Shown one piece after another: positions 42,542-52,642 of a stretch of 64,000 bases of DNA (position 1 is the first letter of the stretch; each line of letters opens with the position of its first letter). The stretch is from contig CAVOYK010000004.1 in NCBI GenBank assembly GCA_963700665.1, forward strand, positions 58,793-122,792. The letters are read 5' to 3'. This DNA is from an uncultured Actinomycetes bacterium. GTDB lineage: Bacteria; Actinomycetota; Coriobacteriia; Anaerosomatales; PHET01. Under the pieces are notes generated by a model. It was not told the origin of the DNA and did not search any database. It saw nothing but the letters and a program-made list of their open reading frames with translations. The position numbers and the translations under genes are program-made.

Positions 42542-42825
42542 ACGTCCTGCGTCTCGCTGTCATCGCGGTTCAGCAACGGCGCGAACACCGGCTTGTAGCC
42601 GTGTCGAGCACCGTTGACCATGCCGAACCCGAAGCCCAAAGCGAGTCCCACCACCTGGCTCTGCTTCGCGACCAGCGCCCACGTCAGGACGACCACCATG
42701 AGGCCGAGCGAGCCGTAGAACACGACCTTGTAGAGTGTCGGCCGATCGCGAACGAGCCTGCCCACCAGGTAGCCTGGGACGAGCATCACGACTGCGGTCA
42801 CAACCGCTATCAGGATCGGGTTCAT
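42538..42825 (-). CDS. small membrane protein (3 TM), hypothetical
   Basis: MNPILIAVVTAVVMLVPGYLVG ... VVFYGSLGLMVVVLTWALV ... VVGLALGFGFGMV. The start overlaps the upstream stop. Confidence 0.5.
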   Translation of the reverse strand: MNPILIAVVTAVVMLVPGYLVGRLVRDRPTLYKVVFYGSLGLMVVVLTWALVAKQSQVVGLALGFGFGMVNGARHGYKPVFAPLLNRDDSETQDV

Positions 42826-43826
42826 CGGGCCACCGCCGCTCCTGCGGTAACCCCGCCGAGAACACCGGCCGCCTCGCGCTCCGATGGCTGCGCATAGAGG
42901 AGCCATATCGCTTGAGTGCCCAGATCACTCCCGCCGCCCGCAGCCAGTGCCTCGTAGAGCAGCTTCGCCAGTTCGAGTCCCGGCAGCTCGATACGGTTCG
43001 CCTCCGCCGAGGCGAGCGCGATGCGCAGGTCTTTGACGAAGTGCTTCACGTAGAAGCCCGGCTCGAAGTCGCCCGCGAGCACGCGTGGCCCGTAGTTGGC
43101 AAGCGTCCACGTCTGCGCGCTTCCTCCGTTGAGCGTCTCGAGCACGCGCTCGCGATCGAGACCGGCGGCGGCCGCGTACGACAGGCACTCGGCGAGCCCC
43201 AGCATGGAGGCCGCGATGGCGATCTGGTTGGCCATCTTGCAGTGCTGGCCCGCGCCCGGCCCGCCGTGGTGCAGCACGGTCTTGCCCAGCACCGATAGCA
43301 CCGGCATCGCCCGCTCGAAACCCTCCTTCTCACCGCCCACCATGATGGTGAGCGTGGCGTTGCGCGCCCCCACGTCTCCGCCCGAGACCGGCGCGTCCAG
43401 CGCCACGAGGTCGCGCTCGGCGGCGACCGTCGCAATGCGAGCTGCGAGCGCCGGCGACGAGGTCGTCATGTCCACGAGAAGCGCGCCGGGTCGCGCCGAG
43501 TCGACGATGCCCCCCTCGCCGAGGTAGACCTCCTCCACGTCGCTCGGATAGCCCACGATGGTGATCACCACATCGGCCCCCCGAGCGGCCTGCCCGGGCG
43601 AGGCCGCCCACTCCGCTCCGCGAGCGAGCAGCGGCTCGGCCTTGGCGCGCGTCCGATTGTGAACACGCAGCTTGTAGCCGGAGTCGAGCAGATGGCCCGC
43701 CATCGACGCGCCCATCACGCCGGTCCCCACGAACGCCACGGTCGTCTCGGCCGGTTTCACGGCAGCCACCCCCGCTAGTCTCTTGAAGATCGTTCCGGAC
43801 ACATCACGACCTCGCCACGATAGCAT
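42822..43826 (-). CDS. NAD(P)-dependent beta-hydroxyacid dehydrogenase (3-hydroxyisobutyrate / 2-hydroxy-3-oxopropionate reductase family)
   Basis: VAFVGTGVMGASMAGHLL, DAPVSGG, GPGAGQHCKMANQ. Start uncertain (43826 or 43850). Confidence 0.8.
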   Translation of the reverse strand: MLSWRGRDVSGTIFKRLAGVAAVKPAETTVAFVGTGVMGASMAGHLLDSGYKLRVHNRTRAKAEPLLARGAEWAASPGQAARGADVVITIVGYPSDVEEVYLGEGGIVDSARPGALLVDMTTSSPALAARIATVAAERDLVALDAPVSGGDVGARNATLTIMVGGEKEGFERAMPVLSVLGKTVLHHGGPGAGQHCKMANQIAIAASMLGLAECLSYAAAAGLDRERVLETLNGGSAQTWTLANYGPRVLAGDFEPGFYVKHFVKDLRIALASAEANRIELPGLELAKLLYEALAAGGGSDLGTQAIWLLYAQPSEREAAGVLGGVTAGAAVAR

Positions 43827-43853
43827 CCGCGGGCGAGCGGTACCGCGCAAGCG

Positions 43854-44681
43854 CTATGCCTCGGCTGGCGGCATCGTCAGGTCGACTCGGGTGTATGCGA
43901 CGCGGAACCCAAGCCGCTCCATGTTTCGCTGGGAAGGACCGCCGGGCGCCGACTCAGTCGCAGCGACCTCGCAGCCCTCTTGCGCGCCCAGCGCCAGACG
44001 GTGCCTCTGAACAGCTCGCTGGATCCCGCGCCTGCGAAACTGCGGCAATGTGGCGTCGGCGGACAGCCAGGCGACGCCGTCTTGAATGTAGAGCTCACCG
44101 GTGCCGGCGGCCTTGCCGTCGACGAACGCGACGAACAGTCTGCTCCCGGGCCGGCGCACGACGATCTGCCCCAAGGCCAGCTGCTCTTCAAGGGGCGGCA
44201 GGGGCGCCGAGAAGGCGGTGGCAGCGACCATGATCCACAGCGCCCGATCCTCATCGTCGGCTACCTCACGAATCTCGATATCGTGAGGCAGCTCCGAGAG
44301 CTCGCGGTCGAGGGGCTCGACCGGTCTCACCAAGACGTTCTCGAAGCCGTCGACGACCCATCCGCGCGCGGCGAGGTTGGCGAGAAGGGTGGGGTGCGCC
44401 AGCGGCGAGACGCCGATGAGTGGGCGGGCTCCGCGGCTCACGTAGAACTCCTCGAGCTGAGCCACCGCTTCGAGTCCGACCGGACCGGCGAATCCGAGGC
44501 CGAAGGCCTGGTTGACCGGTGACCCCTCGCCGACGAACGCCGCGACGCCGCCTCCGACCTCAAGGTCGGCCGCACCGCACGCCGGTTCGATCTCAAGAGC
44601 GGTGCGGACGAAGCGGCGCATCTCTTCTGCGCACAGCGACTCAAGACGAGCGGCGAGAGCAGCGTCGGCGAACAGCGGCAC
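43854..44681 (-). CDS. GNAT-family N-acetyltransferase
   Basis: C-terminal GNAT core: FVAFVDGKAAGTGELY ... FRRRGIQRAVQRHRLALGAQEGCEVA. Proposed GTG start at 44681 with GAAAGGG upstream. The upstream part of ORF 43854..44957 is Arg/Pro-rich filler. Confidence 0.65.
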   Translation of the reverse strand: MPLFADAALAARLESLCAEEMRRFVRTALEIEPACGAADLEVGGGVAAFVGEGSPVNQAFGLGFAGPVGLEAVAQLEEFYVSRGARPLIGVSPLAHPTLLANLAARGWVVDGFENVLVRPVEPLDRELSELPHDIEIREVADDEDRALWIMVAATAFSAPLPPLEEQLALGQIVVRRPGSRLFVAFVDGKAAGTGELYIQDGVAWLSADATLPQFRRRGIQRAVQRHRLALGAQEGCEVAATESAPGGPSQRNMERLGFRVAYTRVDLTMPPAEA

Positions 44682-44773
44682 GGGCGGAGCCCTTTCAATC
44701 GGGGGTGAGATACAGCATAGACCCCGTCGGGTACGCTTCACACGTCTGAAGATCGCCGAGACGGGAGCTTCGC

Positions 44774-45478
44774 GTGGATGCACCAGGCGCCAAGACCGAT
44801 GGACGAGGACCGAGTCGCAGGGCCGCCGTGATCGCGGCCGTGGTCGCGTCTGTGGTCCTCGTGGGGCTGATCGGCTTGGTGGTCTGGGCCGTGCTCGCAT
44901 CGCGCAAGCCGGTCGTCGTGCGTGAAGCCCCGCGATTCGACAGGTTCGAACCGGCATGGGCTTCTGCGATGGCGAAAGCCGGGGTCGAGGCGACGTTTCC
45001 CGCCGGCCCTGTGGACGTGACGATGGCCAAGCCCTTCGGTCGAGTCCCCTTCGAGGCCACGTTCACGGCCGAGGAGATCACGGCCTTGCTCAACGTCTAC
45101 CGCTACCAGGGTGGTATCGGAGGGCAGGATGTGTCGTTCGAGAGCCCCGAGGCGGCGTTCCCGCGTCCGGGTGTCGGCTCGCTGAGCGGTCAGCTCGCAA
45201 CGGGGGGCTCCAGCTACTCGGCCACGATCGTCGGGCCGGTGACCTATGCGGCCACGGGGATCGACAGCCCGGGGGCTACCGAGCTCACCGTCGAAGGCTT
45301 CTCGGTCCGAGGAGACAGACGCACGCAAGCATCCGAGGCCGTCATCGCCTACCTGAACATGTACGTGCGGGCGGCGCCCGGACTCACCGTGCAAAGCGCC
45401 GAGATCGTGCAGGACGGCCTACGCGTCACGGGCTCGGCCCCCGCACGGCTGGAACACCCGCCTCCGCTCGGCGAGTGA
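44774..45478 (+). CDS. membrane-anchored hypothetical protein
   Basis: Intact 234-aa ORF. TM AAVIAAVVASVVLVGLIGLVVWAVL. No recognisable family. Confidence 0.4.
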   Translation: MDAPGAKTDGRGPSRRAAVIAAVVASVVLVGLIGLVVWAVLASRKPVVVREAPRFDRFEPAWASAMAKAGVEATFPAGPVDVTMAKPFGRVPFEATFTAEEITALLNVYRYQGGIGGQDVSFESPEAAFPRPGVGSLSGQLATGGSSYSATIVGPVTYAATGIDSPGATELTVEGFSVRGDRRTQASEAVIAYLNMYVRAAPGLTVQSAEIVQDGLRVTGSAPARLEHPPPLGE

Positions 45479-45500
45479 CGCCGATCGCCCAAGGTCCCGG

Positions 45501-46079
45501 CTACGACGGAGCCAGCCGCTCCAACACCCACGCCATGTTCTCGCCCAGCCGTCGCATCGTGGAGATGCCTTCTTCGTCCTGAGCCACCGCACCCTTGGGA
45601 CCGCCGATTCCGAGGTTCCAGTAGCTCGACCCGACCACGAGCATCTCCGCTATCAGGAAGAAGTGGTTGATGGAGTCGAAGGCGTGTATCGCGCCTCCTC
45701 GGCGTACCGCTACCACCGCAGCACCGGGCTTGCGGCCAAACGGGTTGCCGTTGCCTCGCGCGACGTAGCCGGCGCGGTCGATGATCGCCTTGAGCTCGGG
45801 AGTGATGTCGGCGAAGTACGTGGGACTGCCCAGCACGATCGCGTCGGCTTCAAACAGCTTCGTGATGATCTGGTTGCCGTCGTCCTTGCGGCCATGACAC
45901 TGCCGATCGGCCTTCTCGCGGCACTTCCCGCATGCGGTGCACCCGCGGATGTCGCGTGCGGCAAGCTCGATGAGCTCGCACTCGTGTCCCGCAGCGCGCA
46001 GCGGCTTGAAGACCTCTTCGATCAGCAGTGCGGTGTTGCCGCCTCTTCGGGCGGAACCGTTGACGGCGACGACTCTCAT
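45501..46079 (-). CDS. iron-sulfur flavoprotein / NADPH-dependent FMN reductase family
   Basis: MRVVAVNGSARRGGNT, compact Cys motif CTACGKCREKADRQC, LGSPTYFADITPELK. Confidence 0.75.
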   Translation of the reverse strand: MRVVAVNGSARRGGNTALLIEEVFKPLRAAGHECELIELAARDIRGCTACGKCREKADRQCHGRKDDGNQIITKLFEADAIVLGSPTYFADITPELKAIIDRAGYVARGNGNPFGRKPGAAVVAVRRGGAIHAFDSINHFFLIAEMLVVGSSYWNLGIGGPKGAVAQDEEGISTMRRLGENMAWVLERLAPS

Positions 46080-46150
46080 GGGATGACGGCCTCCTGACGG
46101 CGGATCCGGTGGACTTGGCGCCTATTGTCCCCCATCCGCTCGCGCGTGTG

Positions 46151-46684
46151 TCAGGACGCTGCGTCTTCAAGCTCGGTGGGACCGGCCTCGGCGTCGAGCC
46201 CGAAGGGCATGTGGCGCTGAAACGCCGCAAGCCAAAAGATGCGGTCCGCGATCAGAAGTGCCGAGCCGATGCCCAGATACAGCGCACCCATGATGCCGGC
46301 GCCGATGAGATCGGGGTCGACCACGATACGACGCAGAATCATGCCGCTGCCCATCATCACGGCCACGAGCAACCACGACTTCCAAGAAAAGAAGCCGAAG
46401 TAGCACGAGACCCCGCGTCGACGTATGCGCGCGACCGCCTTGACCGCCACGCGGTCGAGCAGGTAGCGGGACTTCGGAATCGCGATCACGGCGGCCAGAA
46501 CGCCGCCCAGCACCCACGCATGCCAGGAGCGGTCGTGAACGTAGATCACGCCGCGCACGATCAGAATGCTCGCACCGACAAGCCACATCGTCGCGGCACT
46601 GAACAGCTGCACGCGCACGCCTGCGCGCGGGGTGAACCGATTACCGGACACAGACGGTTCGACGGAGATCTCGGAGGATGTCAT
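46151..46684 (-). CDS. small polytopic membrane protein, hypothetical
   Basis: Last 177 aa of ORF 46151..47149, from MTSSEISVEP. About 4 TM helices. The ATG overlaps the DegV stop (ATGA). Confidence 0.45.
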   Translation of the reverse strand: MTSSEISVEPSVSGNRFTPRAGVRVQLFSAATMWLVGASILIVRGVIYVHDRSWHAWVLGGVLAAVIAIPKSRYLLDRVAVKAVARIRRRGVSCYFGFFSWKSWLLVAVMMGSGMILRRIVVDPDLIGAGIMGALYLGIGSALLIADRIFWLAAFQRHMPFGLDAEAGPTELEDAAS

Positions 46685-47583
46685 GAGCGCGCTTCGAGCA
46701 AGTGCTGCGCCGAAGTGACTGGGGAAGCGGGCTCCGTCTCGGTCTCGTAGACCAGCCCCACGGCCGGACCCACGTGCAGTCCGATCACGGCGCTCACCGG
46801 CACCACCTCGACCTCGAACCCTGCTACGGGCGCTATCGCCTTCTCGGCGAAGTGCTGCGCCGGCTCGATGTCGCCTATGTAGTGGACCGCCGCCCTGACA
46901 AGACCGCGCTTCTCCACGTCGTCTGAGAAGACGCGCGCCATCTCGGCAAGAGCGCGGCTCGCGGTCCGCACCTTGGCCAGCGTATCCGTCTCTCCCCCGC
47001 TCACGGTGAGGATCGGTCGTATCTGCAGAAGCTGTCCGAGGAGTGCTGACGCCGACCCTATGCGCCCACCGCGCCGCAGGTACTCGAGCGAGGCGGGTGA
47101 GAACAGGTAGCGCGTGCGCCGAGCGGTATCGAGCGCCGCGTCGATACATCCCTCTATGGCGGCCCCTCCACGTGCAGCCGCAGCGGCGGCCAGTGCGATG
47201 AAGCCTTCTTCGAGCGAGTTCGAGCCGCTGTCGAGAATCTCGATCCGCGCACCGGGAGTCTGGTCGCGGACGAGATCGGCAGCGATCATGGCCGTCTCGA
47301 CGGTGCCGCTCATCTTCGACGAGATGAAGACGCCCAGCACATCGGTGCCCCGCTCGAGCCCACGCCGAAAGGCACTCGCGAGCGCTTCGACAGAGGGCTG
47401 CGACGACGTGGGAAGGTCCTTCATGTCGGCGAGGCGACGATAGAACGACTCCAGCTCGATATCGAGATCGGCCTCGTGACGCTCCCCGTCGTTGACGTAG
47501 AGACTCACCACGTCGATGCTGGCGGCCTCGGCCTGCTTGGCGGGGATGGATGCGACCGAATCGGTCACTACACTAGTGGGCAT
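46681..47583 (-). CDS. DegV-family fatty-acid-binding protein
   Basis: MPTSVVTDSVASIP ... LPTSSQPSV ... GVFISSKMSGT ... LEYLRRGGRIG. Confidence 0.85.
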   Translation of the reverse strand: MPTSVVTDSVASIPAKQAEAASIDVVSLYVNDGERHEADLDIELESFYRRLADMKDLPTSSQPSVEALASAFRRGLERGTDVLGVFISSKMSGTVETAMIAADLVRDQTPGARIEILDSGSNSLEEGFIALAAAAAARGGAAIEGCIDAALDTARRTRYLFSPASLEYLRRGGRIGSASALLGQLLQIRPILTVSGGETDTLAKVRTASRALAEMARVFSDDVEKRGLVRAAVHYIGDIEPAQHFAEKAIAPVAGFEVEVVPVSAVIGLHVGPAVGLVYETETEPASPVTSAQHLLEARS

Positions 47584-47724
47584 CGGTTCTCCACGGCGCT
47601 CGGGGTTGCGGGAGCCATCGCACTCACTGTACCGCAGCAACGCGAGGGCACTTCGCGCTTCTCGGCCGGTTTGGGGTATGCAATACGGCGTCGGGCCTAT
47701 GCACTACGGTCGAGAGGAGACCTC

Positions 47725-49086
47725 GTGTCCACAGATAAGACCACACCGCGCAGGATAGTCGTGATGGGGGCAGCTGGGCGTGACTTCCACGACTTTCTCG
47801 TTGCGTTGCGAGACGACCCCGCCATCGAGGTAGTGGCGTTCACCGCGACCCAGATTCCCGGAATCGACGATCGTCGCTTGCCCCCCGTCCTTGCTGGGCC
47901 CCGCTACCCGCAAGGCATCCCCATTCGACCCGAGTCCGAGCTCACCCAGATCATCGCCAACGACTCGATCGACGAGGTCCTGTTCGCCTACAGCGATATC
48001 GCTCACGTTGATCTGATGCACAAGGCGTCGCTGGTTCTGGCGGCAGGTGCCGACTTTCGCATCGTCGGCCCCACGTCGAGCATGGTGCGCTCGGTCAAGC
48101 CTGTCATCAGCGTCTGCGCCGTGAGGACAGGCGTTGGCAAGTCGGGTATCTCGCGACGCGTCTTCGAGCGGCTGCGTGAGAGAGGCGTTCGAGCGGTCGA
48201 TATCCGGCACCCCATGCCCTACCGCGACCTGACCGCGATGCGGGTGGAACGCTACGCGAGCATCGAGGACCTCGACCGGCTGGGCGTCACCGTCGAGGAA
48301 CGCGAAGAGTACGAGCACCTCGTCAACGTCGGGGCCGTCGTGATGGCAGGAGTCGACTACGAGGCGATCTTGCGCGAGGCCGAGAAGGAGGCCGACGTCA
48401 TCGTGTGGGACGGCGGCAACAACGACTGGCCGTTTTACGCAAGCGACCTCGAGATCGTCGCGCTCGACCCCCATCGCCCCGGCCACGAGCGCGCCTACTT
48501 CCCCGGAGAGGTGAACTTCTTGCGCGCCAACGTCCTGGTGATCAACAAGGTGAACACCGCCGAGAAGTCCGCGGTGGACGACTTGGTCGCGGCGGCCGCG
48601 ACGTACAACCCCGACGCGAGGCTCGTGCTCACCGACAGCGTGATCGAGGCGGACGACCTGTCTGCGCTCGCGGGCAAGCGGGTCCTTGCCGTCGAGGACG
48701 GACCCACCGTCACCCACGGCGGCATGCGCTACGGTGCCGCCGCTCTGGCGGCCAAACAGGCTGGAGCGGCCTCTCTGGTGGACCCGACGCCGTTCGCGGT
48801 GGGCTCGCTGAGAGACACCTACGACGCGTATCCGCACATGACCGACGTCTTGCCGGCGATGGGCTACTCGGCGGGTCAGCTCGCCGATCTCGCTGCAACG
48901 ATCGAGGCGACCGACGCCGAGGTCGTCGCTATCGGCACGCCGATCGATCTCGCACGACTCATCACGATCGACAAGCCGGTCGTGCGCGTGACCTACCGGG
49001 TGGCCGACACCTCCCACCCGGGCATCGACGACATCGTGGACGACTTTCTGGCCGCCCACGGGCTCGGAGACGGTGCAACCGGGTAG
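47725..49086 (+). CDS. cpgS: cyclic 2,3-diphosphoglycerate synthetase-like protein
   Basis: GTG 47725 after GAGGAGA. Strings: RIVVMGAAGRDFHDF, ISVCAVRTGVGKSGISR, VWDGGNNDWPF, VEDGPTVTHGGM. Confidence 0.65.
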   Translation: MSTDKTTPRRIVVMGAAGRDFHDFLVALRDDPAIEVVAFTATQIPGIDDRRLPPVLAGPRYPQGIPIRPESELTQIIANDSIDEVLFAYSDIAHVDLMHKASLVLAAGADFRIVGPTSSMVRSVKPVISVCAVRTGVGKSGISRRVFERLRERGVRAVDIRHPMPYRDLTAMRVERYASIEDLDRLGVTVEEREEYEHLVNVGAVVMAGVDYEAILREAEKEADVIVWDGGNNDWPFYASDLEIVALDPHRPGHERAYFPGEVNFLRANVLVINKVNTAEKSAVDDLVAAAATYNPDARLVLTDSVIEADDLSALAGKRVLAVEDGPTVTHGGMRYGAAALAAKQAGAASLVDPTPFAVGSLRDTYDAYPHMTDVLPAMGYSAGQLADLAATIEATDAEVVAIGTPIDLARLITIDKPVVRVTYRVADTSHPGIDDIVDDFLAAHGLGDGATG

Positions 49087-49109
49087 CCTGACTCGACTAC
49101 ACTGGGGAT

Positions 49110-49598
49110 ATGGAGACCCCCCAAGCCCCTCGCAACCTGCTCGACAAGCGCGTCAAGACAGCGTGGCGACTCCAGGCGCTTGCGTCGCTTGCGCCGCTGC
49201 TTCTTGGTGGCGTCGTCTTCGTCGCGGTCGCTCGGCGAGTCGGGGTCGGGACCACGGTGGCCGCGCTCGTTCTCGGCGGCATACTCGTCGCCATTCTGGC
49301 TGCCGAGACGTTCGTGCCTGAGGTCAGGTACCGGCGTTGGCGCTGGGAGGTGCGAGAGGAAGAAGTCCGCCTCCAAGAAGGGTTGATCGTCGTCTCTCAG
49401 ACGGTCATCCCCATGGTGCGGGTCCAGCACGTGGACACGGCGCAAGGTCCGATCATGCGCTCCCTCGGCCTGTCCGACGTCCACATCTGGACCGCAGCGG
49501 GCAAACACACGATTCCCGCGCTCGCAGACGCGCACGCCGAGCAACTCAGGGACCGAATCGCCGTACTCGCGAGGGTGACCGACGATGGCGGACTCTGA
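49110..49598 (+). CDS. ydbS: YdbS-like membrane protein with bacterial PH (bPH_2) domain
   Basis: Two N-terminal TM helices, then RWRWEVREEEVRLQEGLIVVSQTVIPMVRVQHVDTAQGPIMRSLGL. Confidence 0.7.
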   Translation: METPQAPRNLLDKRVKTAWRLQALASLAPLLLGGVVFVAVARRVGVGTTVAALVLGGILVAILAAETFVPEVRYRRWRWEVREEEVRLQEGLIVVSQTVIPMVRVQHVDTAQGPIMRSLGLSDVHIWTAAGKHTIPALADAHAEQLRDRIAVLARVTDDGGL

Positions 49599-51234
49599 AC
49601 TCTCGCGCACGCACCCACTCACGGTCGCTGTCCGCACCATGAAAGCGCTGTCACAGATGCTGTTGGCCCTGCTCGCGATGGCCTTCTTCGGCTCCTTTGG
49701 TGGAGGCGGGGCGCTCGCCGCGGTGGGAGTCGCCGGGGTCGCGGTCGTGCTCGCGCTCGTCTCGACGGGGTTCGCGTGGCTGAACTGGTGGTACTTCCGG
49801 TTCGGGGTCATCGGCCACGACCTGGTTGTCCTCGAAGGCTGGCTCGTGAAGAAGCGCCGAGCGATCCCGCTCGCGCGAGTCCAAGGCATCGACATCCGAG
49901 CGGATCTCGCCTCCCGGCTGCTGGGACTGGCCGACGTGGTCGTGCAGACGGCCGGCGGCGGATCAGGCGAGGCCGAGGCGCGTATCGGCTCGATTCCGCT
50001 GAGCCAAGCCGAGCAGCTGCGCGCCGACCTGCTCCACTGGCGTGACCGGGAGTCCCAGGTCGTCGACGGCGCAACCCCGAACCAGCCAGCAGCGGCTCCG
50101 ACCGAGGAGTCGGTCACCGGCCCGTCGCTGGTGGGGGCCGACCCCGTGAGTCGGATGAGCGATCTGCGCGGCGTGTTCGGCGAGAAAGAAGCGGACGCCC
50201 GCTCGGTAGACTTCGAATACAGACTGCCCTTCGGCAGACTCGTTCTGGCCGGACTGACCTCGAACGCTGTGCTGATCGCGCTGGCAGCTGGCGCGGGAGT
50301 GCTCTCGCAGTTCGCCGAGCTCTTCAGCGGGTTCACACAAGATGCGACCGACACTCTCTCCCGCATGGCCCTGCCGGCGCTGATTGCCCTTGGCTTCGTC
50401 GCGATGCTGTTCTTCGTCGGGATCTCGATCGCCGTGATAGTCGCCAGGGACTTCGGATTCACAGCCCGTCGCGTCCACGACCGCCTTGAGACCGAAGCCG
50501 GACTGACTGAGCGAAGGATGACGAGTCTTCCCATACGCCGCATTCAGGCAGTCCGGATCGAGCAGACAGCGTTGCGACGGATGCTGGGTTTCACGTCGAT
50601 CCATGCAGACACCGCGGGCTTCGGACGGAAAGAGGAACAGCAGTCGTCCACGGGGGCCGCCCTCGTGCCACTGGCCCGCTCGGCCGAGGTACGGCCCCTG
50701 CTCCACAAGCTGCTACCCGAAGCCGAGGACATGCCCACCACGTCCGGCCTCCCCCGTCGCGCCCGCCGGTTCTACATCTTGTGGCCGACCGCGCTGACCG
50801 CGACCGTGACGTGGGTCGTCGTCGCAGGCAGCACTTGGATCGTCGCGACAGCCGGCGAGATCGACGGGCTCGGTCCTATCGCGCCCGCCGTCGGCGCGGC
50901 CGCGGCACTGCTGCCGAGCGCCATCGTGGCGGCATCCCGAGCACTCGCGTGGCGCAACGCCGAGTTCGGTGCCGACGAGAACGCTCTGGCGATCAGGTGG
51001 GGGGTTCTGGGCAGGTACAGCGTGCGGCTGCCACGTGCGAGGATGCAGTCATTGACGGTGCGACAGTCGCCGTTCCAGAAGCGGGCGAAGCTGGCAACGA
51101 TCGTCGCTGCCTCGGTCGCCGGCTCCGGCGCGGCCTTCTACCGGGTTCGCAATCTCGACGTGGACGATGCGCGCGCTATCGAGCAGTGGTACTCGCCGAG
51201 CCCGGACTCGAGCGGCGGCATCGGAGCCGTGTGA
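49585..51234 (+). CDS. ydbT: YdbT-like membrane protein with three bPH_2 domains
   Basis: Intact 549-aa ORF overlapping ydbS by 14 nt. Repeated pattern: a TM pair, then ...RVQGIDIRADLASRLLGLADV / ...RIQAVRIEQTALRRMLGFTSI / ...RMQSLTVRQSPFQKRAKLATI. Confidence 0.7.
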   Translation: MADSELSRTHPLTVAVRTMKALSQMLLALLAMAFFGSFGGGGALAAVGVAGVAVVLALVSTGFAWLNWWYFRFGVIGHDLVVLEGWLVKKRRAIPLARVQGIDIRADLASRLLGLADVVVQTAGGGSGEAEARIGSIPLSQAEQLRADLLHWRDRESQVVDGATPNQPAAAPTEESVTGPSLVGADPVSRMSDLRGVFGEKEADARSVDFEYRLPFGRLVLAGLTSNAVLIALAAGAGVLSQFAELFSGFTQDATDTLSRMALPALIALGFVAMLFFVGISIAVIVARDFGFTARRVHDRLETEAGLTERRMTSLPIRRIQAVRIEQTALRRMLGFTSIHADTAGFGRKEEQQSSTGAALVPLARSAEVRPLLHKLLPEAEDMPTTSGLPRRARRFYILWPTALTATVTWVVVAGSTWIVATAGEIDGLGPIAPAVGAAAALLPSAIVAASRALAWRNAEFGADENALAIRWGVLGRYSVRLPRARMQSLTVRQSPFQKRAKLATIVAASVAGSGAAFYRVRNLDVDDARAIEQWYSPSPDSSGGIGAV

Positions 51235-51272
51235 CCGTGGTCACAGGCACCTAGCTCACCCCCCTCCCCAGC

Positions 51273-51908
51273 GTGGCACCGTGGGCCGATAGTCATGGCA
51301 GACGACCCAGATGCTCGGCTCTTCGGAGGAACAGCGTGTTGACAGCAACCAGTGGCCTGGCCACACTGCGCCCCCACTATGTGGGGGAGACTCGCGACCT
51401 GATGCGCATCCTGCTCAACGCGACGTCTGCCGCCGAGGCCAACCTCTCGCTCGAGGTTCTCAAGGACGTCGTGCCCGACAAGGCGCTGGTCGCAGCGTGC
51501 AACCTGCGCGAGGTGCTCTACGCTTTGCCCTCATCCCCGTTCGCGATGAGGGTGGACGAGGAGACACTGGCCCGGACAGCCGGCTTGGAGCGCAGGATCG
51601 CGGCGATGGGCAAGATGCTGCCAGACGGACTCGAACTCGTGGTCATGACCGCTGGCAACCTGGTACTTGACATCATCATCAGGCGTGACGGCGAGAAGTA
51701 CTTCTGGAACTCGGTTCCGGTGACCGACGACTTCGTCAACGGTGCCGTCCTCGACTTGCTCTTCGAGAGCGACCACCTGCTTCACGCCGCGATCGACCTC
51801 GCGGCGGCGATGGGAATCGTCTTCAACCCGAAGTTCTACCTCTCGCTCGAGGACTGGCATCTCGAATACGCATCCGATGTCTTCGAGGGACTTGGAGACC
51901 TCTTCTAG
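51273..51908 (+). CDS. hypothetical protein (start uncertain, possibly ATG 51402)
   Basis: Open frame with good GC3. No recognisable family. Confidence 0.35.
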   Translation: MAPWADSHGRRPRCSALRRNSVLTATSGLATLRPHYVGETRDLMRILLNATSAAEANLSLEVLKDVVPDKALVAACNLREVLYALPSSPFAMRVDEETLARTAGLERRIAAMGKMLPDGLELVVMTAGNLVLDIIIRRDGEKYFWNSVPVTDDFVNGAVLDLLFESDHLLHAAIDLAAAMGIVFNPKFYLSLEDWHLEYASDVFEGLGDLF

Positions 51909-52019
51909 CCCCCATCCGCCTCTCGCGACCGGGCATCGCACTCCCACTCCGCCCCCCAGGCAGCAACAGACGCAGCCGCCCGGCCGCGAGAGGCGCCCCC
52001 AAGCCAGAGTATCCAGTCC

Positions 52020-52638
52020 TCAGACGAACGCCTCGGTGCTCGCGGCGATAACACAGCCCGCCGCGCGCATCTCGTCGATCGCGGCGGCGCCGTCGCCTTG
52101 CGCCAAGTCCACCGCCCTGATCCCGTCTCGCACTACGACCATCTCGAGGCCAAGCCCCGCACCGTCCAGCGCGGTGTACTTGACGCAGTAGTCAGTTGCC
52201 AGACCCGACGAGCCACACCTCGCTGATTCCTGCATCGCTCAGGACAGCGCTCAGCCCGGTGTCCCTGCCGTGCCCGTTGTCGAAGAAGCCGCTGTAGCTG
52301 TCGATCTCCGGGTCGACGCCTTTGCGAATGACCGCATCGATCCGCGCGACGTCCAACCCCGAGTGGAACGAGGCCCCCGCCGAGTTCTGCACGCAGTGGT
52401 CGGGCCACAGGACCTGAGCCTGACCGCCCAGTTCGATCACGTCACCGACCGCAGACCCCGGATGGTTCGAGGCGAACGAGCCATGGGAGCTCGGGTGCCA
52501 GTCTTGCGTGGCGACCACCAGATCGAACAGGGGCGCGAGCTCGTTGGCGACGGGCACGATCGCGTCCCCATCGGCCACGGGAAGCGACCCGAACGGCATG
52601 AAGTCGTTTTGGACGTCGACGAGTATGAGAGCTCTCAT
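52020..52638 (-). CDS. pncA: nicotinamidase/pyrazinamidase (one frameshift ~52200)
   Basis: ORFs 52192..52638 (MRALILVDVQNDF ... TQDWHP..H.SF) and 52020..52235 (LATDYCVKYTALDG). Confidence 0.85.
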
Positions 52639-52642
52639 CCGC

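Noticed and set aside
47704-50543. 451-aa and 516-aa minus-strand ORFs (47704..49059, 48993..50543)
   Set aside because: Antisense to the cpgS-like, ydbS and ydbT genes, which have coherent domain structure on the plus strand.
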